Source: Amnibacterium sp. (GTDB lineage: Bacteria > Actinomycetota > Actinomycetes > Actinomycetales > Microbacteriaceae). From it: a stretch of 35,662 nt of DNA. The translations under genes were made by a program, and so were the position numbers. The stretch is from the NCBI GenBank assembly GCA_035996305.1, contig DASYJR010000009.1, forward strand, positions 1 to 35,662, given 5' to 3'. Of the stretch, positions 1-11,569 are shown piece after piece; positions within the stretch are counted from its first letter, which is position 1, and every line of letters begins with the position of its first letter. The notes under the pieces are model-generated. The model ran no database searches, had not been told where the DNA came from, and saw only the letters and a program-made list of their open reading frames with translations.

Positions 1-410
1 ACCTCGCGGAAGGACTCGAAGAACGGGTCCATGTCGACGATGAGGTCCTTCTCGAGCGGCAGGCCCTTGATCGCCTCCACGTAGATGGGCTTCGACGGGT
101 CGAGGTCCTTCACCAGCGTCTTGCAGGCGAGCCGGTTGCGGCCGTTGATCCGCATCGCGTCCGAGCCGCAGACGCCGTGCGCGCACGAGCGGCGGAAGGT
201 GAGCGACCCGTCCTGCTCCCACTTGATCGTGTGGAGGGCGTCGAGGATGCGGTCCGTCGGCAGCACGTCCACGTCGTAGTCGCGCCAGTACGGCTCGGCG
301 TCGAGCTCCGGGTTGAAGCGCCGGATGATGAGCGTGATCGTCGAGAAGCCCTCGGCGGGCCGGTGCTTGATCGCGGGATTGATGCCGGTGTCGGCGACGG
401 TGAGGGTCAC
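1..410 (-). CDS. sdhB: Succinate dehydrogenase iron-sulfur subunit (5' part; runs off window)
   Basis: Manual translation from GTG at 410 gives ...IIRRFNPE...LTFRRSCAHGVCGSDAMRINGRNRLACKTL (2Fe-2S motif); directly downstream of sdhA. Confidence 0.95.
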   Translation of the reverse strand, partial: MTLTVADTGINPAIKHRPAEGFSTITLIIRRFNPELDAEPYWRDYDVDVLPTDRILDALHTIKWEQDGSLTFRRSCAHGVCGSDAMRINGRNRLACKTLVKDLDPSKPIYVEAIKGLPLEKDLIVDMDPFFESFRE

Positions 411-412
411 GC

Positions 413-2332
413 CTAGTACTTCCGCTCCATCGGCTGGTAGCGCGTGATCACCACGGGCTTCCAGTCCAGCTTGATGTGGTCCGCCGCATCCGCCGAATGC
501 GGATCGCCGGTGAGGTAGGCCATCGTGTGCTTCATGTACTCGGCGTCGTCGCGCTTCGGGTAGTCGTCGCGCATGTGCCCGCCCCGGCTCTCCTTGCGGT
601 TGCGCGCCGAGTAGACCACGACCTCGGCGAGGTCGAGCAGGAAGCCGAGCTCGATCGCCTCGAGCAGGTCGGTGTTGAACCGGCGTCCGCGGTCCTGGAT
701 GCCGATGTTCCTGTACCGCTCGCGGAGCCCGTGGATGATCTCGGTCACCTTCGCCAGCGACGCGTCGGTGCGGAACACCTGCGCGGATGCGTCCATGTTG
801 TCCTGGAGCTCCTTGCGGAGGTCGGCCACCCGCTCGGTGCCGGTGGAGCCGCGCAGCCGCTCGACGAGGTCGCGCACCGCCCTCGCCGGATCCTTCGGCA
901 GCGGCACGAACGACGCCGTCCTCGCATACTCGACCGCGTTGTTGCCGGCGCGCTTCCCGAACACGTTGATGTCGAGCAGCGAGTTGGTGCCGAGCCGGTT
1001 GGATCCGTGCACGGACACGCACGCGCACTCGCCCGCCGCGTACAGGCCGGGCACGACGGTGTCGTTGTCGGCGAGCACCTCCGCGTTCACGTTCGTCGGG
1101 ATGCCGCCCATCGCGTAGTGCGCGGTCGGCATGACGGGCACCGGCTCGGTGACCGGGTCGACGCCGAGATAGGTGCGCGCGAACTCGGTGATGTCGGGCA
1201 GCTTCGTCTCGAGCACCTCGGCCCCGAGGTGGGTGCAGTCGAGCAGCACGTAGTCCTTCAGTGGCCCCGCCCCCCGGCCCTCCGCGACCTCCTGCACCAT
1301 GCAGCGCGACACGATGTCGCGGGGGGCGAGGTCCTTGATGGTGGGCGCGTAGCGCTCCATGAACCGCTCGCCCGATGCGTTGCGGAGGATCGCGCCCTCG
1401 CCGCGGGCGCCCTCGGTGAGCAGGATGCCGAGCTTGGCGAGGCCGGTCGGATGGAACTGGAAGAACTCCATGTCCTCGAGCGGCAGGCCCTTGCGCCAGA
1501 TGATGCCGACGCCGTCGCCGGTGAGCGTGTGCGCGTTCGAGGTGGTCTTGTAGATCTTCCCGAACCCGCCGGTCGCGAAGACGATCGACTTCGCCTGGAA
1601 GACGTGGATCTCGCCGGTCGCGAGCTCGTACGCGACGATCCCGGAGGGGCGCTGCACGGCCCGGCCGTTCTCCACGACCGTCGTCATGGCGAGGTCGAGC
1701 GCGTAGAACTCGTTGTAGAACTCGATGCCGTGCTTGACGCAGTTCTGGTACAGCGTCTGCAGGATCATGTGGCCCGTGCGGTCCGCCGCGTAGCAGGCGC
1801 GGCGCACCGGCGCCTTGCCGTGCTCGGCCGTGTGCCCGCCGAAGCGGCGCTGGTCGATCTTGCCCTCGGGCGTGCGGTTGAACGGCAGGCCCATGTTCTC
1901 GAGGTCGATGACCGCGTCGATGGCCTCCTTGGCGAGGATCTCGGCCGCGTCCTGGTCCACCAGGTAGTCGCCGCCCTTCACCGTGTCGAAGGTGTGCCAC
2001 TCCCAGCTGTCCTCCTCCACGTTCGCGAGCGCGGCGGCCATGCCGCCCTGCGCCGCGCCCGTGTGGGAGCGGGTGGGGTAGAGCTTCGTGATCACCGCGG
2101 TGCGCGCCTTCGGGCCCGCCTCGATCGCCGCGCGCATGCCCGCGCCGCCCGCGCCGACGATCACGACGTCGTGCCGGTGGTAGTGGATGCCGTCGATCTC
2201 GCGCTCGTCCGGCCCCTCGTCCGTCCACGACAGGACGTCCTCCGGGTCGCGCTCCGGCCCCCCCGGGTTCGTCGAGCGGTCGTTGCCGCGGAGGGCTCCG
2301 CCCAGGCGCTTGAGGGGGTTCTCCGGAGTCAT
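413..2332 (-). CDS. sdhA: Succinate dehydrogenase flavoprotein subunit
   Basis: GAGGAG FAD motif, [10 protein letters not shown] covalent-FAD His motif, [16 protein letters not shown]; ATG at 2332 overlaps the sdhD stop (ATGA). Confidence 0.97.
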   Translation of the reverse strand: MTPENPLKRLGGALRGNDRSTNPGGPERDPEDVLSWTDEGPDEREIDGIHYHRHDVVIVGAGGAGMRAAIEAGPKARTAVITKLYPTRSHTGAAQGGMAAALANVEEDSWEWHTFDTVKGGDYLVDQDAAEILAKEAIDAVIDLENMGLPFNRTPEGKIDQRRFGGHTAEHGKAPVRRACYAADRTGHMILQTLYQNCVKHGIEFYNEFYALDLAMTTVVENGRAVQRPSGIVAYELATGEIHVFQAKSIVFATGGFGKIYKTTSNAHTLTGDGVGIIWRKGLPLEDMEFFQFHPTGLAKLGILLTEGARGEGAILRNASGERFMERYAPTIKDLAPRDIVSRCMVQEVAEGRGAGPLKDYVLLDCTHLGAEVLETKLPDITEFARTYLGVDPVTEPVPVMPTAHYAMGGIPTNVNAEVLADNDTVVPGLYAAGECACVSVHGSNRLGTNSLLDINVFGKRAGNNAVEYARTASFVPLPKDPARAVRDLVERLRGSTGTERVADLRKELQDNMDASAQVFRTDASLAKVTEIIHGLRERYRNIGIQDRGRRFNTDLLEAIELGFLLDLAEVVVYSARNRKESRGGHMRDDYPKRDDAEYMKHTMAYLTGDPHSADAADHIKLDWKPVVITRYQPMERKY

Positions 2333-2778
2333 CGGACCGCCTTGCAGAAGTCGGGGAGGTTCGCGGCCAGGCCGTTGGAGGGGCACGGGTCGAACGTGAA
2401 GATCACCAGCGTGCCGAGTAGGACCAGCACGGCGGTGGCGGCCACGAGGGCGTACTTCGTCAGCCGGTTCGCGGTGGGCGACACGACGTAGTCGTTGACG
2501 ATCGTGCGCATCCCGTTGCTGCCGTGGACGAGCGCGAGCCAGAGCATGAGCGCGTCCCAGATCTGCCAGAACGGGGTCGCGTACTTGCCCGCGATGAACG
2601 CGAAGTCGATCTGCCGCACACCGTCGCCGGCGACGAGGTTGACGAAGAGGTGGCCGAAGATCAGCACGACCAGCACGACGCCGGAGACGCGCATGTAGAT
2701 CCAGCCCCACTTCTCGATGTTGAAGCGGCGGTTCGGATGCGCCCGGGCGCTGCGCGGAGGATCGATCGTGGTCGCCAT
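2329..2778 (-). CDS. sdhD: Succinate dehydrogenase membrane anchor subunit
   Basis: [11 protein letters not shown]...GHL...[13 protein letters not shown], three hydrophobic helices, operon position. Confidence 0.93.
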   Translation of the reverse strand: MATTIDPPRSARAHPNRRFNIEKWGWIYMRVSGVVLVVLIFGHLFVNLVAGDGVRQIDFAFIAGKYATPFWQIWDALMLWLALVHGSNGMRTIVNDYVVSPTANRLTKYALVAATAVLVLLGTLVIFTFDPCPSNGLAANLPDFCKAVR

Positions 2779-3224
2779 CAGCGGGGGAACTCCTCCATGA
2801 TCGTGATCAGCTGGCGCGGCGCGAACCCGGCCATGACGACCAGCCAGAGCACGACGACCGTCCAGAACATCGCCCGCTGGTGCTTCGTGCCGAAGCTCCA
2901 GAAGTCGATGAGGATGATCCGCAGCCCGTTGAAGGCGTGGAAGACGATCGCGGCGACGAGCGCCAGCTCACCGAGCCCCATGATCGGGTTCTTGTAGGTG
3001 GCGATGACCCCGTCGTAGACCTGGGGGGACACGCGCACCAGCGCGGTGTCCATGATGTGCACCAGCAGGAAGAAGAAGATCCCCACCCCGGTGATCCGGT
3101 GCAGCACCCACGACCACATCCCCTCGTGCCCGCGGTACACCGTTCCGGCCGGCGCCTTCGGCAGCGACAGTCGGGGCGAGGTGCGGGTGGGGGGCAGTTC
3201 GTGCGCGGGCCTCGTCGACACCAT
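2778..3224 (-). CDS. sdhC: Succinate dehydrogenase cytochrome b556 subunit
   Basis: [17 protein letters not shown]...HAFNGLR; ATG at 3224 preceded by AGGAGG; start is an estimate. Confidence 0.92.
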   Translation of the reverse strand: MVSTRPAHELPPTRTSPRLSLPKAPAGTVYRGHEGMWSWVLHRITGVGIFFFLLVHIMDTALVRVSPQVYDGVIATYKNPIMGLGELALVAAIVFHAFNGLRIILIDFWSFGTKHQRAMFWTVVVLWLVVMAGFAPRQLITIMEEFPR

Positions 3225-3327
3225 GCGCTGCAACGCCTCCTCTTGGTTCCCGTAAAGCTTCTCGATCCTACGTCGGCGGATCCCGGCCTCCGGCGGGCTC
3301 GTGGGCGTGCTGGCTACAGTGGCGCGC

Positions 3328-4479
3328 ATGACGGACAGCACGATGCGCTGGGCGGGCCGCGGGACGGAGCCCGACGCGGTGGACCGCTTCTATGCGGTGA
3401 TCCCCGCCGGCGGGATCGGGTCACGCCTGTGGCCCCTGTCGCGCGCGGACGCCCCGAAGTTCCTGCACGACCTCACCGGCTCGGGCCAGACGCTGCTCAA
3501 GGAGACGTGGGACCGGCTCACACCCATCGCGGGGGAGGACCGCGTGATGGTCGTCACCGGCCGGGCCCACCGGGCCGCCGTCGAGGCGCAGCTGCCGGGG
3601 CTCCCCGACCGTAACATCGTGCTGGAGAGCGAGCCGAAGGACTCGTCCGCCGCGATCGGCCTCGCCGCGGCGATCCTCGAACGACGCGAGCCGGGTGTCA
3701 TCATCGGCTCGTTCGCCGCGGACCACGTGATCGGCGACCTGCGGAGGTTCCGCCAGGCCGTCGTCGAGGCGGTCGCGGTCGCGGACGCCGGCTACATCGC
3801 GACGATCGGGATCATGCCGACGGAGCCGGCGATCGGCTTCGGCTACATCAAGCGCGGCGGCGTGCTCGAGGTGGAGGGGGCGCCGACCGCGCTCCTCGTC
3901 GAGCGGTTCGTCGAGAAGCCCGACCTCGAGACCGCGCGCGGCTACGTCGAGTCGGGCGGCTACCTCTGGAACGCGTCCATGTTCATCACGCGCGCGGACG
4001 TGCTGCTGACGGAGATGGCGAAGACGAAGCCGGGGCTCGTGCGCGGACTCCGCGAGCTCGCAGAGGCCTGGGACTCCGCGGACCGGGGCGCCGTCGTCGA
4101 CCGCGTGTGGCCCGGGCTCGAGAAGATCGCCATCGATTACTCGGTCGCCGAGCCGGCGGCCGCGGCGGGCCGGCTGGCCGTGGTGCCCGGCGACTTCAGC
4201 TGGGACGACGTGGGTGACTTCGCCTCCATCGCGAAGCTCCAGTCGGGCGGCCGGGGGAGCGACCTCGCGATCCTCGGCGCCCACGCCCGGGTGCTCGCGG
4301 ACTCCTCCAGCGGCATCGTCGTGACCGACAGCGACCGCCTCATCACGCTCATCGGTGTCGACAACATCGTGGTCGTCGACACCCAGGACGCCCTGCTCGT
4401 CACGACGAGCGAGCACGCGCAGCGGGTGAAGTCGGTCGTCGACGCCCTGAAGCTCTCGGGCCGCACGGACGTGCTGTGA
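3328..4479 (+). CDS. manC: Mannose-1-phosphate guanylyltransferase
   Basis: AGGIGSRLWPLSR..PKF, FVEKP, YLWNASMF, IDY, WDDVG motifs; TACAGT -10 lies 7 nt before ATG 3328. Confidence 0.92.
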   Translation: MTDSTMRWAGRGTEPDAVDRFYAVIPAGGIGSRLWPLSRADAPKFLHDLTGSGQTLLKETWDRLTPIAGEDRVMVVTGRAHRAAVEAQLPGLPDRNIVLESEPKDSSAAIGLAAAILERREPGVIIGSFAADHVIGDLRRFRQAVVEAVAVADAGYIATIGIMPTEPAIGFGYIKRGGVLEVEGAPTALLVERFVEKPDLETARGYVESGGYLWNASMFITRADVLLTEMAKTKPGLVRGLRELAEAWDSADRGAVVDRVWPGLEKIAIDYSVAEPAAAAGRLAVVPGDFSWDDVGDFASIAKLQSGGRGSDLAILGAHARVLADSSSGIVVTDSDRLITLIGVDNIVVVDTQDALLVTTSEHAQRVKSVVDALKLSGRTDVL

Positions 4480-4889
4480 CGGATGTCGACTGGTCGGCCG
4501 TGCGCGCCGCGGCCACCGACGCGATGCGGCACGCCTACGTGCCGTACTCGCGCTTCCCGGTCGGCGCGGCCGCCCTGGTCGACGACGGGCGCATCGTCTC
4601 CGGCTGCAACGTCGAGAACGCCTCCTACGGCGTCACCCTCTGCGCCGAGTGCGGGCTCGTCTCCGCCCTCGCGATGAGCGGCGGCGGCCGCCTCGTCGCG
4701 TTCGCCTGCGTGGACGGGAACGGGGGCGTGCTCATGCCCTGCGGCCGGTGCCGGCAGCTGCTGTTCGAGCATTCCGCGCCCGGCATGCTGCTCGAGACGG
4801 TGAGCGGTGTGCGGACGATCGACGAGGTGCTGCCGGACGCGTTCGGTCCGCGCCAGCTCGACGAGTTCGCGGCACGCCGGACGCCCTGA
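4476..4889 (+). CDS. cdd: Cytidine deaminase (homotetrameric type)
   Basis: AYVPYSRFPVGAA, GCNVENASY, CAE...PCGRCRQ zinc ligands; GTGA overlap with manC. Confidence 0.95.
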   Translation: MTDVDWSAVRAAATDAMRHAYVPYSRFPVGAAALVDDGRIVSGCNVENASYGVTLCAECGLVSALAMSGGGRLVAFACVDGNGGVLMPCGRCRQLLFEHSAPGMLLETVSGVRTIDEVLPDAFGPRQLDEFAARRTP

Positions 4890-4909
4890 CCGGGCGGATC
4901 GGGATGCGA

Positions 4910-4930
4910 CGAGACGGGGTCCCCGTCTCG
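4910..4930. promoter_or_regulatory. Perfect 21-bp palindrome (operator or terminator) between cdd and the ABC operon
   Basis: CGAGACGGGG-T-CCCCGTCTCG; a TAGCCT -10-like hexamer follows at 4990-4995. Confidence 0.45.
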
Positions 4931-5074
4931 GCTGGATAACCATCCGGCCGCCGACGCCGACGGGCCCTGGCGCGGGGGCCGCGGATCGATAGCCTGTGCC
5001 CGTCACGCATACGGGGGCCCGCGACCCGGGCCGCATCCGTCCGACTCCCTGTCGATCACAGCACTGAGGAACTC

Positions 5075-6178
5075 ATGCCCCTTACTCCCAAGAAGATCCT
5101 GCTCAGCGGGATGACGGCCGTCGGCGTCGTCGCGATGCTCGCCGGATGCGGCGCGGCCCCCAAGAGCAGCAGCTCGGGCGGCGCGTCGAGCTCGACGTCC
5201 GCGACCGCGAACTACCTGCCCTGCGTGGTCGGCGACGTCGGTGGCTTCAACGACCACTCGTTCAACCAGCTGTCGCTGCAGGGCGTCCAGGAGGCCGCGA
5301 AGGCCCTCGGCACCAAGACCCCGAAGAAGATCCAGTCGCAGAGCTCCAGCGACTACGCACCCGCCTTCTCCAGCCTCGTGGCCCAGAAGTGCAACATCAT
5401 CGTGGCCGCCGGCTTCCAGTTCCCGAAGGCGCTCGGCGCCTCCGCGCAGGCCAACCCGAAGATCAACTACGCGATGATCGACGACAACAGCCTCAAGCAG
5501 CCGAACGTCAAGGACATCGTCTTCGAGACCGACGAGGCGGCGTTCCTCGGCGGCTACGCGGCCGCCGCGTACTCGAAGACCGGCGTCGTCGCGACGTGGG
5601 GCGGGGCCAAGTACCCGACCGTCACGATCTACATGGACGGCATCGCCGACGGCGTGAAGTACTACAACCAGCAGAAGAAGAAGAACGTCAAGCTGCTGGG
5701 CTGGGACGAGGCGACGCAGAACGGCAGCTTCGTCGGCGGCTTCACCGACCAGAACAAGGCGAAGCAGCTCACGCAGGGCTTCCTCGACCAGAAGGCCGAC
5801 GTGATCATCCCCGTCGCCGGTTCCCTCTACCAGGGCGCCGCGGCCGCGATCACCGGTTCGAAGAGCTCCGCCGTGCTCGAAGGCGTCGACGCCGACCTGT
5901 TCCTCACCGACCCGAAGTACAAGGCGCTGATCCTCACCTCCATCCTGAAGAAGGTGGACGTCGCGGCGATGCAGGTCGTCGAGCAGGCGGCGAAGTCGAA
6001 GACCTTCGACAACACCACCTACATCGGTGACCTGAAGAACGGGGGCGTCGGCCTCTCGCCCTTCCACGACTTCTCGTCGAAGGTGCCGTCGAGCCTCCAG
6101 ACCGACCTGGACGCCGTGAAGGCGGGCATCCTGGACGGGTCGATCAAGGTCGCCTCGCCCTCGTCGCTGAAGAAGTAG
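5075..6178 (+). CDS. BMP-family (PnrA-like) nucleoside-binding lipoprotein of an ABC transporter
   Basis: Signal peptide with lipobox LAGC; GGFNDHSFNQ, FETDEAAFLGG, GVDAD, TSILK; GAGGA RBS. Confidence 0.92.
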   Translation: MPLTPKKILLSGMTAVGVVAMLAGCGAAPKSSSSGGASSSTSATANYLPCVVGDVGGFNDHSFNQLSLQGVQEAAKALGTKTPKKIQSQSSSDYAPAFSSLVAQKCNIIVAAGFQFPKALGASAQANPKINYAMIDDNSLKQPNVKDIVFETDEAAFLGGYAAAAYSKTGVVATWGGAKYPTVTIYMDGIADGVKYYNQQKKKNVKLLGWDEATQNGSFVGGFTDQNKAKQLTQGFLDQKADVIIPVAGSLYQGAAAAITGSKSSAVLEGVDADLFLTDPKYKALILTSILKKVDVAAMQVVEQAAKSKTFDNTTYIGDLKNGGVGLSPFHDFSSKVPSSLQTDLDAVKAGILDGSIKVASPSSLKK

Positions 6179-6191
6179 CACCTCGGCGCGG

Positions 6192-6229
6192 CGGATGCCG
6201 GGCGGGTCTGCGCACCCGTCCGGCATCCG
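6192..6229 (+). terminator. Intra-operon stem-loop after the substrate-binding gene (mRNA stabiliser or partial terminator)
   Basis: CGGATGCCGGGCGGGT / ACCCGTCCGGCATCCG, 16-bp stem with one G-U pair. Confidence 0.6.
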
Positions 6230-6256
6230 GCCGCGAGCGGATGGAAGGAGCCGCCC

Positions 6257-7770
<1,514 letters not shown>

Positions 7771-7774
<4 letters not shown>

Positions 7775-9087
7775 GCCCGAGCGACGGCACGGTGGCGCCG
7801 GTCCCCGTCGGCGAGACCGGCGTCGTCGACGGACCGCTCGACCTCGACCAGATCCCGCCGGAGGAGCGGGCACGGCTGCCCGAGCCGCCCGAGAACCGCT
7901 TCGCGGCGGCCCTCCTGCGGATCCGCGACGGCAGCGCGCTGATCACGGTGCTCGCGGTGCTCATCGCCCTCGTGGTCGGTGCCGTGCTCATCGCCGTCAC
8001 CGACGTGGCCACCCAGACGGCCGCGGTGTACTTCTTCGCCCGGCCGACCGACACGATCGCCGCGGCCTGGCACGCGGTCGCCGGGGCCTACGCCGCGCTG
8101 TTCCAGGGCGGCGTCTACGACTACACGGCTCCGAGCTTCTTCCAGGGGCTGCAGTCGCTCGGCCATTCGATCGGGTTCGCGACGCCGCTGATCGCCGCGG
8201 GTCTCGGCATCGCCGTCGGCTTCCGCTCCGGCGTGTTCAACATCGGCGGCCAGGGCCAGGTGCTGATGGGCGCGGCGTTCGCCGGCTACGTCGGCTTCAC
8301 CTGGAACGGGCCGCCGGTGATCACGATGCTCGTCGCGGTGGCGTTCGGGATGCTCGGCGGCGGCCTGCTCGCCGGCCTCGTCGGGGTGCTGAAGGCCCGC
8401 ACCGGCGCGAACGAGGTGATCGTCACGATCATGCTCAACTACATCGTCTTCTACCTGCTCGACTACGCCCTGCAGACCCCCTTCCTGCGGGCGCCCGGCA
8501 GCAACAACCCGATCAGCCCCTCCGAGCACGCGAGCGCTGTCTTCTTCCCGATCCTGCCCGCCGAGTACAAGGTCAACGTCGGGTTCCTGCTCGTCATCGG
8601 GGCGACCCTGTTCTGCTCGTGGCTGCTGTCGCGCTCGTCCATCGGCTTCAAGATGCGGGCCGTCGGCGAGAACCCGCGTGCGGCCCGGGTGGCGGGCATC
8701 GAGGTCAACCGCATCGTCATCGCCGCGATGGTGGTCTCCGGCGTGCTCGTCGGCCTCGCGGGCGTGTACCAGGTGCTCGGTACGACGACCACCGGCTTCA
8801 CCTCCGGCATCGACGCGGGCATCGGGTTCAACGCCATCACGGTCACGCTGCTCGGCCGCTCCCGGCCATGGGGCGTGTTCTGGGCGGGGATCCTCTTCGG
8901 CGTGTTCCAGGCGGGGGGCTACACGATGCAGGCGGCGCAGAGCGTCGACATCAACGCCGTTCAGATCGTGCAGTCGGTGATCGTGCTCTTCATCGCCGCG
9001 CCGCCGCTGGTCCGGGCGATCTTCCGGCTCCCGCAGCCCGGCGCGCGGCCCAAGCCGGCGAAGCGCGGGAAGGCGGTGCCGGCGTGA
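7771..9087 (+). CDS. ABC transporter permease
   Basis: FNIGGQGQ, NEVIVTIMLNY, GFKMRAVGENPRAA; many TM helices. Confidence 0.93.
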
Positions 9088-10364
9088 CCGCCGTGCGCGC
9101 CGAGCCGGCGACGGCTGCCGTCGCGTCCCTGCAGCGGCCGGGCCCGAAGGTGCCGATCGCGCTCGGTGTCTTCGCGCTGATCTCGGTGCTGCTGCTCGTG
9201 GTGCTCGCGCCGGCCGGCACGTCGACGTTCTCGCTGAGCGCCAGCGGGAGCGGCGCCGTCCAGCTGCCGCAGATCCCGCTCCATGCGCGCACCACGGGCA
9301 TCGTCGTCTCGATCCTCGCCGTGCTGATGGCGATCGGATCCGGGCTGCTCGTCCGCGCGGGGCGGCGGGTGCCGCTCTGGTACACCGTCGCCTTCGCCGT
9401 GATCCTCGTGATCGGCTTCCTCGCGTGGGCGACCGCCGGCCACACCCTGCCCGTCACCGGACTGCTCGAGAGCGCGCTCGCCCTGTCCGCCCCGCTCATC
9501 TTCGGCGCCCTCGGCGGCGTGGTCTCGGAGCGGGTGGGCGTCGTGAACATCGCGATCGAGGGGCAGCTGCTCGCCGGTGCGTGCGTCTCCGCCGTCGTCG
9601 CGTCGATCACCCAGAACCTCGTCGTCGGCCTGATCGGCGCCCTCGTCGCGGGCGTGCTCGTCTCGTTCGTGCTCGCCGCGTTCTCGATCAAGTACGTCGT
9701 GAACCAGGTGATCGTCGGCGTCGTGCTGAACGTGCTGGTCCTCGGCCTCACGACGTTCTTCTACGAGACGGTGCTCGTGAACGCGTCCGACGTCCTCAAC
9801 TCGCCGCCGCGGTTCGGCGACCTCCCGATCCCCGGCCTGTCCCTGATCCCGGTCGTCGGACCGGTGCTCTTCGACCAGTCCGTGATCACCTACCTCATGT
9901 ACGTGGCGGTCGTCGCCGTGTTCGTCGGGCTCTACCGCACCCGGTGGGGCCTGCGCGTCCGCGCGGTGGGGGAGCACCCGCAGGCGGCCGACACCGTCGG
10001 CATCGACGTCGGACGGACGCGCTTCTGGAACGTGGCGCTCGCGGGCGCGATCGTCGGCATCGGCGGGGCGTACTTCACGCTCGGCTCGGTGGGGGCGTTC
10101 AGCCAGAACATGACCTCGGGGGCCGGCTACATCGCCCTCGCCGCGGTGATCTTCGGCGGCTGGGATCCGCTGCGCGCGTCGCTCGCCGGGCTGCTGTTCG
10201 GCTTCGCGAGCAGTCTGCAGAACACGCTCGGGATCCTCGGCAGCCCCGTCCCGTCGGACGTGCTGCTGACGCTGCCGTACGTGGTGACGATCTTCGCCGT
10301 CGCGGGCCTCGTGGGCCGGGTGCGCGGTCCGGCAGCGGCCGGCCGGCCCTACGTCAAGGGCTGA
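9084..10364 (+). CDS. ABC transporter permease
   Basis: SERVGVVNIAIEG, GLRVRAVGEHPQAADT, GYIALAA, LPYVVTI; GTG at 9084 overlaps the previous stop. Confidence 0.93.
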   Translation: MTAVRAEPATAAVASLQRPGPKVPIALGVFALISVLLLVVLAPAGTSTFSLSASGSGAVQLPQIPLHARTTGIVVSILAVLMAIGSGLLVRAGRRVPLWYTVAFAVILVIGFLAWATAGHTLPVTGLLESALALSAPLIFGALGGVVSERVGVVNIAIEGQLLAGACVSAVVASITQNLVVGLIGALVAGVLVSFVLAAFSIKYVVNQVIVGVVLNVLVLGLTTFFYETVLVNASDVLNSPPRFGDLPIPGLSLIPVVGPVLFDQSVITYLMYVAVVAVFVGLYRTRWGLRVRAVGEHPQAADTVGIDVGRTRFWNVALAGAIVGIGGAYFTLGSVGAFSQNMTSGAGYIALAAVIFGGWDPLRASLAGLLFGFASSLQNTLGILGSPVPSDVLLTLPYVVTIFAVAGLVGRVRGPAAAGRPYVKG

Positions 10365-11479
10365 GCGGCGGCTCGCCGCGCCGGCATCGCCGGCACCCCG
10401 GGGGCTTCGAGGAGCCGCCGGACGACGTGGCGCGCGTCCCGGTCCATGCCCTGGATGGTCGAGGACGCGGCCGAGTACTGGAAGTCCAGCCCGACGAACC
10501 CGAGCCCCGGCACGGCGTCCGCGATCCCGCGCGTCTGCCGGGGCTGGGCGTCCTCGTCGAGGGCGCCGTCGACGTCGATCCACGACAGCTCGGTGCGGGA
10601 CCCGGTGCACCAGACGATCGTCGACGCGTCGATGCGATCCCCGTCGGCACCGACGGGCAGACCGGCCTCGACGCCGACGATCCGCCCCGTGCGCCGCACC
10701 CCGGCCGCGTCGAGGTCGGCGACCTTGTTGCGGATGAGCGGCAGCCCGTGGCCGGCCTGGCGACGCTTCGCGGCCCGGCCGACGGGGCTCGCCACGGTGA
10801 GGTGCCGCAGCAGGCCGAGGATCACGCCGCCGACGAGGAAGCCGGGAACGGTGTCGATCCGGACCGGTGCCTGTCCCGGATGACGCCCCGCCAGCACGGT
10901 CGGATGCCCGGCCGCGGCGGCCTCCAGCGCGATGTCGGTCCCCGAGTTGCCGGCGCCGACCACGAGGACGGGGCCGGGCGCGAGGTCGGCGGGGCGGTGG
11001 TACTCGAGGGAGTGCAGCTGCCGCACCGACGCCGAGATCTGTGAGGCGAACGGCGGGCGCACCGGCCGGCGGTGCGCGCCGGCGGCGACGACGACGCGGT
11101 CGGCGGTGACCCGCTCGGGGCCGTCCGGGGTGCCCAGGTCGAGCACGAAGCGTCCCTCCTCACGCCCGAGCCGGAGCACCCGGATGCTCGGCCGCACCGG
11201 CAGGGCGAACCGCGCCGCGTACTCGTCGAGGTAGTCCGCCATCCGATCGGCCGACGGGCAGGCCCGCATCCCGATCGGCAGGCGGTACCCCGGAAGGCTG
11301 GACGCCCACCTGGGGCTGAAGAGCCGGAGGGACGCGTACCGCTCGCGCCAGCCGTCCCCCGGCCGCGCGTGCGCCTCCAGCACGGCGACGTCGAGGCCCC
11401 GTTCCTGCAGCCTGCGCGCGACGCACAGTCCCGCCGGGCCGGCTCCGACGACGGCGACATCCACCTGATCTCTGCTCAT
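10349..11479 (-). CDS. FAD/NAD(P)H-dependent oxidoreductase, flavin-containing monooxygenase-like
   Basis: VVGAGPAG, GDGWRERYASLRL, QLHSLEY (FMO-like fingerprint), VVGAGNSG, IVWCTG; GGAGG RBS and TACCGT -10 upstream. Confidence 0.85.
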   Translation of the reverse strand: MSRDQVDVAVVGAGPAGLCVARRLQERGLDVAVLEAHARPGDGWRERYASLRLFSPRWASSLPGYRLPIGMRACPSADRMADYLDEYAARFALPVRPSIRVLRLGREEGRFVLDLGTPDGPERVTADRVVVAAGAHRRPVRPPFASQISASVRQLHSLEYHRPADLAPGPVLVVGAGNSGTDIALEAAAAGHPTVLAGRHPGQAPVRIDTVPGFLVGGVILGLLRHLTVASPVGRAAKRRQAGHGLPLIRNKVADLDAAGVRRTGRIVGVEAGLPVGADGDRIDASTIVWCTGSRTELSWIDVDGALDEDAQPRQTRGIADAVPGLGFVGLDFQYSAASSTIQGMDRDARHVVRRLLEAPGVPAMPARRAAAQPLT

Positions 11480-11569
11480 GACGACCTCCGGACCCGACGG
11501 TAGGCGGGGGCGAACGCCGCGGCGTCGGCAGGAATGACCATCTGCGCGCACGGGGGTGGCGCGCGATGC

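Noticed and set aside
5075-6178. Lower GC and Lys-rich composition as evidence of horizontal transfer
   Set aside because: Third positions remain G/C-rich; the composition fits a highly expressed lipoprotein.
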